A stretch of DNA of 64,000 bases from NCBI GenBank assembly GCA_964016885.1, contig OZ024741.1, positions 265,794,001 through 265,858,000 on the forward strand, written 5' to 3'. This DNA is from Eledone cirrhosa (Eukaryota). Positions 13,483 through 28,969 of this stretch are shown piece by piece. The notes below the pieces were generated by a model that did no database searches, had not been told where the DNA came from, and worked only from the letters and a program-made list of their open reading frames with translations. The translations under genes and the position numbers were made by a program. The stretch's first letter is position 1; each line of letters opens with the position of its first letter.

Positions 13483-14220
13483 CAAGACTTTCTGAATGTA
13501 CTGGCCAAACATTCACTAAAGGCTGGCTTACACATCAACATCTCCAAAACAAAGTCTATGACAAAGTGTATAAAAACAATGCCAATCTCCAACTCACAAT
13601 CTACAACCAGCAAATTGCTCAAGTTACGGAGTTTGTATATCTCAGTCACAAACTATCATCAAACAACAATGGAATGGTCGCTGTGCAGTGTCGCATCGCT
13701 CTAGGTTGGGCAGCTTTCAACAGGAACAGGGAAGTACTAACATCAAAAGGAGTTTCCTATCATTTGAAGGCTAAGATCTTCGATACTTACATCCTATCAG
13801 TTGTGTTATATGGTCTTGGTTGTGTTAATTGGACTACAAGGTCACTTCAGAAGCTCTCTACATTCTAGAACCATATCATGAGACTTATGACTGGAAAGCG
13901 GCTCAGCGCCTGTATGTGTATCAGTGAGCTGCTCAACATTACCAGGATAAGACCAATCACATCTGTTGTCAGGTCAAGAGTCATTAAACTGTATGGTCAT
14001 ATCAAAAGATCAACTCGTGGCGTGAGTAAGTGATGCCTAGAAGGAAAGTTGGCTGGTAAGAGAAGCAGAGGTCAGTAGCCAAAACGATGGCATCATAATG
14101 TCAACTTATGGACTGGACTTGACCTTTCCTCTTTAAACTCTGCTGCTGGTGAACTTTGTAGAGAAAAATATCTCATGTTGATGCACAGTCTGCAACTGAC
14201 GGAGTTAGTCTCTAAGAAGA
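13483..14220 (+). pseudogene. RTE-clade LINE 3' fragment (RT C-terminal region)
   Basis: AGLHINISKTKSM, then frameshifted QVTEFVYL..RIALGWAAF..LKAKIFDTYILSVVLYG..W, with stops further on. Confidence 0.85.
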
Positions 14221-14332
14221 ATATATATGTATGAATGTAAAAGGTAAACGGAAATAATAAAAATAACAAAACAAACGGCACAGTACATGGAAGAAATATA
14301 TTAGTTTAACGCTTGAAGTAGCAGGAAGGAAG

Positions 14333-14368
14333 TCTTAACGTTTCGGACACTAGCCCTTCATCAGAAGA
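14333..14368 (-). ncRNA. Minimal type-I hammerhead, intact core
   Basis: tctt-CTGATGA-a-gggc[tagt]gtcc-GAAAC-GTT-aaga. Stem III is the palindrome AACGTT. Confidence 0.8.
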
Positions 14369-14487
14369 TAGAGTTAGAAATAGAAAATAAATAGAAAGTA
14401 AAGAGTGATGAGAGGAAGGAACGGGGAAAATGAGAAAAAAAAAAATGGGGAGAAAAAAACACGTGCGTATTCAGTCGGCCATCTTGG

Positions 14488-14535
<48 letters not shown>

Positions 14536-14550
14536 ATATATATATGTGTA

Positions 14551-14582
<32 letters not shown>

Positions 14583-14585
14583 CAC

Positions 14586-14648
<63 letters not shown>

Positions 14649-14668
14649 TATATATATATATTATATAT

Positions 14669-14767
<99 letters not shown>

Positions 14768-14837
14768 CATACATATATACATATCTATATAAGAAAGAAT
14801 AATCGTAAGAAATAAAGTAAAGACAGGAGTATAAAAT

Positions 14838-14856
14838 ATAACAACAACAACGTCAG

Positions 14857-14900
<44 letters not shown>

Positions 14901-16375
14901 GCAGTAACAATAACAACAATAACAACAATAACAACAATAATAACAATAATAACAGCAAATGTTATATGGTGGGAGGTGCGAAATAATGAAGAGTAAGTGG
15001 AGAGCGATACAGTGTGTTGATGATGATGATGGTGATGATCGTGGTGATGATGATGGTGGTGGTGGTGATGATGATGGTGGTGGTGGTGATGGTGGTGGTG
15101 ATGGTGATGATGGTGATGATGATGGTGGTGGTGGTGATGATGATGGTGATGATGATGGTGGTGGTGATGATGGTGGTGGTGATGATGATGATGATGGTGA
15201 TGATGATGGTGATGATGATGATGGTGACGATGGAGATGATGGTGATGATGATGGTGGTGGTGATGGTGGTGATGATGGTGGTGGTGATGATGATGATGGT
15301 GATGATGATGGTGATGATGATGGTGATGATGATGATGGTGGTGGTGGTGGTGATGGTGATGATGATGATGATGATGGTGGTGGTGATGGTGATGATGATG
15401 ATGATGATGGTGATGGTGGTGGTGGTGATGATGATGTTGATGATGATGATGGTGACGATGATGATGACGACGACGATGGAGTAGAAGGAGGACAAGAATA
15501 ACGACATAAGGAGGAGGAGGAGGAGGAGGAGGAGGAGGAAGTGGAGGTGTAGTTGTGGGAGGTATGTGAGGAGATGGAAGAGGCAAGAAGAGAAGTTTTA
15601 ACTTCGATTAAGTGGGTCCCGGAAATGAATGTGAAGAAAGTCAATTACTTCCGGTTGTGACGTAGTTTCAATCTGCACTGAAAGAATGTTCTATCTACAT
15701 TGATTTTCTTTATTTCTTTCACTCATTCTTTCTTTCTTTCTTTTTTCTCCCTTTCTTTCTTCTTTTCTTTCGTTTTTCTTTCGTTTCTCTCTCCTTCTTA
15801 CCTTCTCACCCTTTTTTTCTTCCTTCCCTATAAACTATATCTAGTGACTTTCCTTCCTTATCACAGATACTTTTAACCACCACCACTGCCGCCATTACTA
15901 CCAACGCCACCATCACTATAATACCTCACACCGTTATAACCACCACCACCACCACCACAACCACCACCACAACCACCACCACCACCACCACCACAACCAC
16001 CACCACAACCACCACCACAACCACCACTACTACCACCACCACCACTAACACAACCACCACCACAACCACCACCACTACTACCACCACCACTAACACCACA
16101 ACTACTATCACCACCACCACCACCAACACCACCACCACCACCACCACCACCACCACCAACACCACTACTACCACCACCACCACCACCACCACTAACACCA
16201 CAACTACTATCACCACCACAACCACCACCACTAACACCACAACTACTATCACCACCACAACCACCACCACTAACACCACAACTACTATCACCACCCCCAC
16301 CACCAACACTACCACTACCACCACCACCACCACCACCACTATCATGATCATCATCACCATCATCAACTACAACAC
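14838..16375. repeat. Compound trinucleotide tracts (AAC, GAT/GGT, GAG, ACC)
   Basis: Direct inspection. A unique segment at ~15560-15870 interrupts them. Confidence 0.9.
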
Positions 16376-16429
16376 TAAAAACAACCACGCTATCACCAAT
16401 ACTAGAGGCGGCAATAACAAGAAGTTCTG

Positions 16430-16872
16430 CTTATCTTTTTCACCGGTTTCAGCCATGGAAATTGGGCCATGCTGGAGCACTACTGGGGCCTTTCTGAGGC
16501 ACTGCTTGGGCCATGCTGGAGCACTACTGAAGCACTGTTGAATCACTGCTGTGGCAATATTTGGGCCATGCTAGGGCACTGCTGAAACACGGCTGGGACA
16601 CTGCTGGGACCATGCTGGGGCACTGCTAGGGCACTGCTGAAACACGGCTGGGACACGGCTGGGACCATGCTGGGGCACTGCTGAAACACATCTGGGGCCA
16701 TGCTGGAGCATTGCTGGGTCACTGCTGGAACCATGCTAAAGCAATGCTGGATCATTACTGGGGCATTCACTGCTGGGGCTCTGCTGGAGCACAGCTGTGA
16801 CTCTGCTGCGGCTCTGCTGGAGCACAGCTGAGGCGTGGCTGGGGCAGAGCTGGGCACTGCTTGAGCACTGCT
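16430..16872. repeat. Degenerate GC-rich minisatellite derived from a SINE-tail motif
   Basis: Repeated ggccatgctgg(a/g)gcac follows tttcagccat. The same motif occurs singly at 4790-4850 (-), 31872-31925 and 55702-55739. Confidence 0.7.
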
Positions 16873-17169
16873 TTCTAAAATGTAGTCGGTTAAAACTACA
16901 TAGTTCAGTACTAATTGTATAGCTCTTAGAAGACAGAAATGCAAAGGAATTGAGGGTAAGATTGGAACTCAGAACTGGTCATGTGTCTTTGTGCCTGATG
17001 CTTTAACGAATCAGCCCTTGCCACGCCATGATAAAAATATAAAATTGGCCATTGATTAGAGAGGTATATTTATGGATTACAATGCTAACCCGGAAGTATA
17101 TATACATATATTTATATATATATATATATATTATGTCATATATATGCATATATATGTATATATAGAGAG

Positions 17170-17271
17170 AGAATTCACAAGAATCAAAGCTATGTTCAAA
17201 GCATTTATTCACTTACAATTGTTTCATCCAAACCTACGCTTGGAATCTTCGGAGCATTTTTCAATGTACAT

Positions 17272-17319
<48 letters not shown>

Positions 17320-17615
17320 CTGTATGTCTCTTGCGTTGAAAAGGAGGTCAATTATGTAGAAACATTGAAAAATGCTCCGAAGATTCCAAGCCTAGGTTTG
17401 GATGAAACAATTGTAAGTGAATAAATACTTTGAACATAGCTTTGATTCTTGTGAATTCTATATAACTGCTCTGTAGAACAACTGTTGTTATTACATTGAG
17501 CTATTTATCTTACTGGTAATAAGGTAGTAATAAATTACTGACCTTCACTGTTTAGGGTTTAAAATATATATAACTATAAAAAGTTTTAATATATACATAA
17601 CCATAAATAGTATCC

Positions 17616-17620
<5 letters not shown>
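17170..17620 (+). mobile_element. PLE pLTR remnant with inverted 5' copy and two CCGAAGA-core hammerheads (17210-17256 -, 17373-17419 +)
   Basis: Arms 17170-17267 and 17362-17459. tgct-CCGAAGA-t-tccaagc[ctag]gtttgga-t-GAAA-caattg-TA-agtg. Confidence 0.75.
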
Positions 17621-17668
<48 letters not shown>

Positions 17669-17830
17669 TATATATATACATGTATACGTATATATGTATA
17701 TATGTATATATGTATAAACATATATATGTATGTATATATATGTATATACATATGTATATATATACACACACACTCACACACACTCACACATACAGACACA
17801 CAGACATACAGACACACACACACACACACA

Positions 17831-17875
<45 letters not shown>

Positions 17876-17900
17876 ACATACACACACACACACACACACA

Positions 17901-18403
<503 letters not shown>

Positions 18404-18559
18404 CAAATATAATTCAGCGAGAATCGTATTTCGGCTGGTAGAAAAAGCGAAACGAAACGCAAAATCGTAGAAATGCTGGCAAGCGCTCAATAGTTAAAAA
18501 AACTAGAGCTAAACAATATGTTAAAACGCCATACAAACTGAAATATACATATATATATG

Positions 18560-19013
18560 TCTGAGTGGTTAGAGAATTGGATTCGCAATCGTGAGGTTGT
18601 GATTTCGATTCCCAGACCGGGCGATGCGTTATGTTCTTGAGCAAGACACTTTATTTCATGTTGCCCCTTCTACCTGTAGTTGCGAACGATAGAGAGTATT
18701 AGCAGTTAGAAAGACCAATGGAAACATTGTTTCCTTGGTCCGATTGGACGAGCTCCACTCCATTTGTTACGCGAATGAGGTCTGGGATCTTGCAGTAAGA
18801 AAAAATAAATCGAAATAAAAACATCTCGATTCCGTTGTTCATATGTATTACGATATATAATTAACATTATTTCTGTAATGTCCGTATATATATATACTTA
18901 CTGCAAAATCCCAGACCTCATCCGCGTAACAAATGGGGTGGAGCTCGTCCAATCGGACCGAGGAAACAATGTTCCATTGGTCTTTCTAATTGCTAATACT
19001 TTCTATCGGTCGC

Positions 19014-19021
<8 letters not shown>
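18560..19021. mobile_element. SINE-B head fused to a repeat with ~125-bp inverted duplication
   Basis: SINE head at 18560-18665. Arms at 18674-18799 and 18897-19021. The same fusion occurs at 55443-55660. Confidence 0.7.
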
Positions 19022-19095
<74 letters not shown>

Positions 19096-19448
19096 TGTAA
19101 TAAACAACATAAGATAATTATTTCATTGAGGATCGAATTCCAACCGTGACCATTTCCACTGAAAGTTTTCGTGAAATAGTCTTTAAGACTATACAGAGCA
19201 TTTGAAGTTTTTCCAAATTGAAGGATGAGTATTTTAAACTTTATTTTATCATGAGTTAAGGCTCTATTGATTTTTCCCTGGATTTCACAAAATTCTGTGG
19301 ATGAATCTATATCCTGATTCTCTTCGAGTTGAGTTTCAATTATTTTCCCCACATCTTACGGTAACTATTTTCCCCATTTTGACGCTATAGTCACATATAT
19401 GTTATGGAATACTGTTGGCTTCTTGCTACAATGTTTTCTATATATATA

Positions 19449-19556
<108 letters not shown>

Positions 19557-19633
19557 TTGAGAGAGAGAAAGTCATCGGTCAGGATTATATTATCTAGCCA
19601 TCTGTCAACCTATCACTCTCTGTCTCCTATTCT

Positions 19634-19678
<45 letters not shown>

Positions 19679-20225
19679 TCTCTCTCTCTCTCTATCTCTA
19701 TTTCTCTCTATGTAACCCATTTGCAACCACGCAGAACGCCATGTTTTCATATTCACACATATATATTTTCCTCCGCTGTGACCCGTCTGTTTCTTTCTTA
19801 CTGCTTTCCCTTTTCTCTGTATCTCTCACTTCCTTTTACCCCCTCTAACAGTCACTCTCTCTGTGAGCCTCTTCCTCACACTTTCACTCACTCACTCTCT
19901 GCTACTCCCTCTCCTACTTCCTCCCGTTTGCCCTGTGCGAGATTCTTTCCTCACGCACACTTCGACCAGGTCGGATGGTCTTTATTCTCTCTCGTCTACG
20001 ATTTCACAGAACTTATGTTCATCGATTTCAGGGACTTGACTCCTTCTTCCTCACTTTTCGTTGCATTACCATCTTTGATTGTTTACTGTCTCGCTCGTTC
20101 CCCTTATTTACGTGTCCTAACGACTTTCTTTAGCCGTTGCTCGTACCAACCGGAGGTATATGGTCTTTAAAGCGATGAAATACCAATGAAGGTTGGAAGA
20201 TCACTGATGAAGGACTAAATTTTTT

Positions 20226-20268
<43 letters not shown>

Positions 20269-20300
20269 TTAGCTATGTAATAAACAACATAAGATAATTA

Positions 20301-20360
20301 TTTCATTTACCAGTGGTTTCTTGAAAGCAAATAAATCTGCTTTCAGTCGTCAGAATGAAA
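20301..20360 (-). ncRNA. Type-I hammerhead, intact
   Basis: tttcatt-CTGACGA-c-tgaaagcaga[ttta]tttgctttca-a-GAAA-ccactgg-TA-aatgaaa. Confidence 0.85.
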
Positions 20361-20557
20361 AAAACCTGGTGTTTTTATTAAATGCGGATTTGAAAACAAA
20401 AATATAAGAAATATGAAAGTGAGGCTGATGAAACAACCGGCGAAGAAGAAAAAAAGAATTATATATATATATAAGTATATATACACACACACTCATATAT
20501 ACATATATATATATACATACACACACGTACACACACACACACATATATATATATATA

Positions 20558-20600
<43 letters not shown>

Positions 20601-20769
20601 TATATATATATACATACATATATACACACACACACACATATATATATATAAATAAATAAACAAACATATACACACTCAACCACGCGCATATACTTAAAAA
20701 ATAAGCTGCCCCATAGGCGTATATGTATCAACCAGCATAGACAAATACATACATATACATGAAGTCATA

Positions 20770-20953
20770 ACTGTTTCTACTTTAGGCACAAGGCCAGCAA
20801 TTACCCAGTGCATTACTGGTACTTTATTTTATCGACCCCGTAAGGATGAAAGGCAAAGTCAACCTCGGCGGGAATTGAACTCAGATCGTAAAGGGACGTA
20901 ACTATGCTGCAAAGCATGGCGTCCGACCCTCTACTGATACTGCCAATCCACCA
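20770..20953 (-). mobile_element. SINE family A
   Basis: Matches the other copies. Confidence 0.85.
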
Positions 20954-20998
20954 AATGAATAAGAACAAAAAATATTTAAAGTCAATTTAAATATATAT

Positions 20999-21192
20999 AT
21001 AGGAACCAGTAAGACCCCGACGGCTGAGCTCAAGCCGTTTCGACGGCTAATTCCGTCCAGAATTAGCCGTCGAAACGGCTTGAGCTCAGCCGTCGGGGTC
21101 TTACTGGTTCCTATTTACCACTCTACTACCCTAAGTATTGAGTACTTTTGGTGCGTTATGGTCCACCTGGTTCCTTACCACATTTCCTTCGT

Positions 21193-21195
<3 letters not shown>
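20999..21195 (+). mobile_element. PLE remnant: perfect 55-bp-arm palindrome centred on HHR stem II, plus tail
   Basis: Arms 20999-21053 and 21060-21114 with a 6-nt loop. Contains gccgtc-GAAA-cggct..agccg-TC-gggg. The tail recurs at 44757-44830, 46811-46880 and 47019-47098 (-). Confidence 0.75.
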
Positions 21196-21280
<85 letters not shown>

Positions 21281-21285
21281 TGTGT

Positions 21286-21326
<41 letters not shown>

Positions 21327-21712
21327 AGTGTATGTATATATTAAAAATTATGAACGGTTTTCTGAATTATATTTAAATAAAGTACATAATACATAGAAGG
21401 GTCATATTTATTTCATATAGAAATAGCTTCTACAGGACTAGAACTGTTTCCGGACATTCCTGATGATTTCATACGAATGAAATAGTTATATATGAAATAA
21501 ATATGTAGTTTCAGTTCAACGGTATTCTGTTCGTAATCGCACGTAACACATGTTTCGCAAATGACCAGCTTTGAGACTTAATCGGTTACAATGAGCTCGA
21601 CTGTTGGATCAGACGCAATGGAGATTAGTATTGGCATATGATCGTCTTACCAACAAGCTCTCTCTCTTTCTCTCCGCCCCCCCCTCTCTCTCTCTCACCC
21701 TCTCTCTCTACG

Positions 21713-21752
<40 letters not shown>

Positions 21753-21835
21753 CGCTCGGCTCACAAACACACATTTATGTATGTATATATATATATATAT
21801 ATATATACATACATAACTGTGTGTTTGTGAGCCGA

Positions 21836-21882
<47 letters not shown>

Positions 21883-21890
21883 CATACTTA

Positions 21891-21968
<78 letters not shown>

Positions 21969-22244
21969 TATATATATATATATATATATAAACTTACATA
22001 CATATATATAATAAACACACGTGCATATATACATATATGATTTCTCTACATGTTTCGTCTTTCGTCATTGCATCTTCATTCCTTTCCTTCTATTTCCCTA
22101 TCTGTTTCATTCATCCATTTGTCCGTCCTTCCTAATTTCTTTCATTTATATATTTATTTTATCTTTATTTATAGATTTTTATATTCTTTTATATGTATTC
22201 TACATTTACATATGTATATATTATACATATTTATATATAAGTTA

Positions 22245-22334
<90 letters not shown>

Positions 22335-22361
22335 TTTATATATATATATTTATATATATGT

Positions 22362-22405
<44 letters not shown>

Positions 22406-22494
22406 TACATACATATATACATATAAACATATATTTATATATATATATATTTATATATATATATATACATATATATAAATATATATATATATAT

Positions 22495-22567
<73 letters not shown>

Positions 22568-22578
22568 CATATATATAA

Positions 22579-22662
<84 letters not shown>

Positions 22663-22714
22663 TACATACATATATACATACATATATACATATATATACA
22701 TATAAACATATATT

Positions 22715-22745
<31 letters not shown>

Positions 22746-22750
22746 ATATT

Positions 22751-22810
<60 letters not shown>

Positions 22811-23041
22811 CGTATATATATGTATTACATTTAATTATATATATTCTATATTAATCCCGACATCATGTTCTACTTTTCACACTTCCCTCTATCTTCTTGC
22901 TTTTTCTCACCAATATATGTATATATATATTTTTACGTTCGTTTGTGGTTTTTGCTGTTTGTATTTCAAATTTTTTTATCATTGATATATATATATATAT
23001 ATATATATGTATACACACACGCACATACACACACACATATA

Positions 23042-23160
<119 letters not shown>

Positions 23161-23172
23161 ACACACACATAT

Positions 23173-23218
<46 letters not shown>

Positions 23219-23287
23219 ATATGTATATGTATGTTTGCGCGTGATTACGTATTTTCTCTATGTACATTCCTTTGCATGCACATTTAA

Positions 23288-23337
<50 letters not shown>

Positions 23338-23363
23338 ATATATATATATATATCTATATATAC

Positions 23364-23476
<113 letters not shown>

Positions 23477-23922
23477 TGTATGTATGTATGCATGTATGTA
23501 TGTACGTATGTATGTATGTGTAGATGCGAAGGTTTGCTTCATGCACGACTGACGAACTTAGTGAACAAGCAAATTTCAGTGACTTTCAGTTTAAGAAAGT
23601 AATATGGCGACGATAGCGACGCGAGGAACAAGAAGACATCGACTGCAATTGACGTCCGAACAATGAATGTCGACTCTCAAACTTCTAATTAATTCGGAGT
23701 TCTTTTGCCGATCTCTTAATGTTCTTTTCTCGTCAGGTTGTCAGGGCGAACTTATCTCCTCCCTTTCTCTCTCTTTCTCTCTTATTTTCTCTCTTCTTAT
23801 TCTCTTTCCTTATTTCTTTCCCTTTTTTTTTCCTTCTCTGTTTGCTTTTTATTGTTAACATCCCTTCTTTCGTCTCTGTCTCTCACTCTCTCTCTTTCGT
23901 TTCTCCTTCTATATTTATGACA

Positions 23923-23987
<65 letters not shown>

Positions 23988-24104
23988 CTCTTCATAGCCG
24001 ACCACTCCGATTGCATACATATCTTTCGCCATTGCCGATAGTTTCTTTGTGTTTAGCTGCAAATCACATATATACATATATACATATATACATATACACA
24101 GATA

Positions 24105-24201
<97 letters not shown>

Positions 24202-24276
24202 CGAATATTTATGTATAGATATATATATGTTTATTGCAGATGGTTAAATGTGTATGCATATATACACACTTATGTA

Positions 24277-24336
<60 letters not shown>

Positions 24337-24337
24337 A

Positions 24338-24377
<40 letters not shown>

Positions 24378-24736
24378 GGGTGTGTGTGTGTAATTATATA
24401 TACATGTGTATGTATGTGTGAGTATGTGTGTCTTTGCTTTTTTCCTTTTTCATCTTTCCCCGGCCACTTATCTTTCCCAGAACAATCGATCTACCAGAAC
24501 GTCCTCTGTTGTTCGCATGGTGTTTCACCGACAGATCAACAGTTGGTAATGGAGATTTGAAAGTCTTCTTTAGACTAATCATCAAATAAAGCAGCGTTCG
24601 AGTGCGCACGCGCCTCTATGCATCTATTTAACCAGCGTTCCTACCGTAATTTCCACAAAAGCGCCAACACCTTCACCTCCTACACTACCCCCCGTCCTCC
24701 AACGTCAACAACGACGACGACGACAACCTCCTTTAA

Positions 24737-24791
<55 letters not shown>

Positions 24792-24839
24792 CAGTAATAC
24801 AAACACATATCTAAATCTAGCAACAACAACCATTATAAA

Positions 24840-26300
24840 TACACAACTAACAACAACAACAACAACAACCACAGCAACTGTCACCACTACAACTACACAA
24901 CTAACAACAACAACAACAACCACAGCAACTGTCACAACTACAACTAACAACAACAACAACCACAGCAATTGTCACCACTACAACTACACAACTAACAACA
25001 ACAACAACAACCACAGCAACTGTCACAACTACAACTAACAACAACAACAACCACAGCAACTGTCACAACTAACAACAACAACAACAACAACCACAGCAAC
25101 TGTCACCACTACAACTACACAACTAACAACAACAACAACAACCACAGCAACTGTCACAACTACAACTAACAACAACAACAACCACAGCAACTGTCACCAC
25201 TACAACTACACAACTAACAACAACAACAACCACAGCAACTGTCACAACTACAACTAACAACAACAACAACCACAGCAACTGTCACCACTACAACTACACA
25301 ACTAACAACAACAACAACAACCACAGCAACTGTCACCACTACAACTACACAACTAACAACAACAACAACAACCACAGCAACTGTCACAACTACAACTAAC
25401 AACAACAACAACCACAGCAACTGTCACCACTACAACTACACAACTAACAACAACAACAACAACCACAGCAACTGTCACCACTACAACTACACAACTAACA
25501 ACAACAACAACAACCACAGCAACTGTCACAACTACAACTAACAACAACAACAACCACAGCAACTGTCACCACTACAACTACACAACTAACAACAACAACA
25601 ACAACCACAGCAACTGTCACAACTACAACAACAACAACAACCACAGCAACTGTCACCACTACAACTACACAACTAACAACAACAACAACAACCACAGCAA
25701 CTGTCACAACTACAACTAACAACAACAACAACCACAGCAACTGTCACCACTACAACTACACAACTAACAACAACAACAACAACCACAGCAACTGTCACAA
25801 CTACAACTAACAACAACAACAACCACAGCAACTGTCACCACTACAACTACACAACTAACAACAACTGAATGTGAATGAATGTAAACAGCAACTACTATTA
25901 CTACAACAACCGCTACAAACACAACAACAACAACAACCACTACAAACACACAACAACAACAACAACCACTACAAACACACAACAACAACAACAACAACAG
26001 GAACCACTACAAACACACAACAACAACAACAACAACAGCAACCGCTACAAACACACAACAACAACAACAACAACAGCAACCACTACAAACACATAACAAC
26101 AACAACAACAACAACCACTACAAACACACCACAACAACAACTACAACAACAACAACGAGAACAACCACTACAAACACACAACAAACACACAACAACAGCA
26201 ACAAAAAACACAACAACAACAACAAACACACAACAACAACAACTACAACAACAACAACAACAGTAACTACAACAACATCTCCTATTGCATCATCATCATC
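24840..26300. repeat. (AAC)n-based compound minisatellite
   Basis: Units of aactaacaac..aaccacagcaactgtcac(c/a)actac, followed by (aac)n-cactacaaacac units. Confidence 0.9.
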
Positions 26301-26640
26301 ATCATCATCAACAACAACAACAAATACAACAACAGCCACAACCACTACAACAGTAACAACAACAATAGCAACCACATTCACTATAAGCTCCACCATCTCC
26401 GTTCATGTTTTTATATTCTCCTTATTATAACCACGTTGGACTTTTTATGGTTATGTGTTAATAAAAATAGGTCTAATGCTTGGTTTAGCGTCTCTTTCCG
26501 CATGAACGAGTGTCCGTGTATTTAATGTCGTTGAGTAGGCGACCTGAACAACGACTGGTCTTTCAGGACGAAAACTACAGTGTGTTTCATATAGGTCCCT
26601 GGTTCAATCCCAACTGTTACATTCGACAGCATATATTATT

Positions 26641-27336
26641 GGTAGACTGGCAGAATCAGTAGAGCGTCGGACAACATGCTTTGTGGCATAGAGTTACGCC
26701 CCTTTATGTTCTGATTTCAAATTCTGCTGAGGTAAGCTTTGCCTTTCATCCTTACGGGGTTGATAAAATAAAGTACCAGTAATGCACTAGGGTTGATTTA
26801 ATGGATTTTCCCCTCCCCCCAAAATTGTTGGTCTTGTGCCAAAACAAAAAACAAAAAAACATTATTATTATTCACCCTGGGAGGGCGGTAGATTGGCAGT
26901 GTCGATAGAGGGTCGGACTCCATGCTTAGTAGTATAGAGTTACGGCTCTTTATGATCTGAGTTCAAATCCTGCTGAGGTTAGCTTTGCTTTTCATCCTTA
27001 CGGGGTCGATAAAATAAAGTACCAGTAACGCACTGGGGTTGATTTAATCGACTTTCTCCCCCCCCCCCGCCCCGCCACAAAAAATAATGGCCTTGTACCT
27101 ATACTAGAAAGAGGGCGGTGGATTGGCAGTATCGGTAGAGGGTCGGACGCCATGCTTTGCAGCATAGAGTTACGGCTCTTTATGATCTGAGCTCAAATCC
27201 CGCCGAGGTTAACTTTGCCTTTCATCCTTATGGGGTCGATAAAATAAAGTACCAGTCACGCACTGGGGTCGATTTAATCGACTTTTCCTTCCCCCCAAAT
27301 TACTGGCCTTGTGCCTATATAAGAAACCATTATTAC
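26641..27336 (+). mobile_element. Three head-to-tail SINE family A copies
   Basis: Copies start at ~26641, 26882 and 27112. Confidence 0.85.
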
Positions 27337-27337
27337 T

Positions 27338-27710
27338 CACCCTGGTATTGTTGTACCCCCACCCCTCACACAAATGGACTCTAATTGATATTGCGATCCC
27401 TCAAGTCCACAATGTGGCTGAAAAGGAAAGGGAAAATATCAATAAGTATGCAGACTTTGCAGACGGTATTAGAACTGATCACCGCGTAGTGACAGAAATG
27501 GTGCCAATCATCATTGGGGCGCTAGACACGGTCCCTAAACGGCTTAAGTCTTTCATCAAAAGTTTTGGGATCCCCGACTTCATAGTTAGTGCCCAAATTT
27601 CAACCATCACTAGCACTGCCAGAATCCTGCTTGATATATTGAGCCTCTGAGATCAGGGACTGGTCTGAGGCAAACTAACACGTGACATCAGATTTACAAA
27701 AAGCGAAAAA
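27338..27710 (+). pseudogene. R4/Dong-like non-LTR 3' fragment (restriction-like endonuclease)
   Basis: LIDIAIP...EKERENINKY...VPIIIGALDTVPK...IL*. Flanked by attact on both sides. Confidence 0.8.
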
Positions 27711-27716
27711 ATTACT

Positions 27717-28225
27717 AGGATTGGCAGTATCGGTAGAGTGTCGGACAACATACTTCGTAGCATAGAGTTACGGCCTTTTACGTTCTGATTTCAAATCCTC
27801 GAAGTTAGCTTTGCCCTTCATCCTTACGGGCAGGGACCTCGTTTGCCTTTAAAATGTTGAAGGGGGACAAACCAACATTGGTTGATTCTTAAAGTAGCAT
27901 AAATTACTTATGGCGCCTTTCCCGGACCCTACCACATAAGTAACATTTTACGCTAATTAAATTTTATATATTCAAATGAAGTTCAGATATTAAAAGAATT
28001 TATTATATCAAATAAACAAAAAATGAAATATAGACGTTTGAAAAAGTGTATGTGTGTGGGGGGGTGGGGGTGGGGGACTTGTCCCCAGGTACCCTCCCTG
28101 AAACAAGGCTCTTGCTTACGGGGTTGATAAAATAAAGCATCAGTAATACTCTAGGATCGATTTAATCGACTCCCCCCCCCCAAATTGCTGGCCTTGTGCC
28201 TAAATCAAAAATCATTATTATTATT
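27717..28225 (+). mobile_element. SINE family A copy split by a hAT MITE
   Basis: The central domain is interrupted at cttacggg and resumes at 28115. Confidence 0.8.
27831..28114. mobile_element. hAT MITE
   Basis: 8-bp TSD CTTACGGG (27823-27830 and 28115-28122). Imperfect TIRs cagggacctcgttt / aaacaaggctcttg. Confidence 0.8.
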
Positions 28226-28496
28226 GACTACTGAGATCGAAGAAATGTTTGTTCTCGTAAGTTTACATAAACTTTGCATTGTTTTTATCTGTTTCGTTTA
28301 ACCTTTAAATTTATCATAACTGCCGAGAAACCAGCCCGCTAATCGTGGTTGTTTTTCTCAGATCCAGAACAATACCTCCCACCTTGGAGTCTCGTAGATT
28401 TGAAATTATGATTAAAACAAATCAACGTCCAATTTATCTAAAAAAAAAAAGATATCACAAATACGTCAAAAGACAAGAGAGAGAGGGAGAGAGAGA

Positions 28497-28560
<64 letters not shown>

Positions 28561-28682
28561 TACTTCATAGTAAAGGGAGGGTGGGACGAACGATCAACCA
28601 GCAAAGAAAAATAGCCTCTTGTTGACACACTTTCATCTATTAAACGTGTGTGTGTGTGTATATATATATATACCAGGATTTT

Positions 28683-28741
28683 TTCATTCTGAGGATTGAA
28701 AGCAAAATCTTTTGCTTTTAAGAAACCACTGGTAAATGGAA
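28683..28741 (+). ncRNA. Type-I hammerhead, intact
   Basis: catt-CTGAGGA-ttgaaagcaaaa[tc]ttttgcttttaa-GAAA-ccactgg-TA-aatg. Confidence 0.85.
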
Positions 28742-28771
28742 TAATTGCGTTATGTTGTTTATTACATAATA

Positions 28772-28876
<105 letters not shown>

Positions 28877-28969
28877 TGTGCGTGTGCGTGTGCGTGCGCG
28901 CGCGCGTGTGTGTGTATATATATAATATATATATATATAATATATATATATATAATATATATATATATA

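Noticed and set aside
20200-20222. CTGATGAaggac hammerhead start
   Set aside because: Truncated. No closing stem II or GAAA follows.
24455-24560. Possible plus-strand exon after a polypyrimidine tract and CAG
   Set aside because: Short, no recognisable protein motif, and no supporting neighbouring exons.
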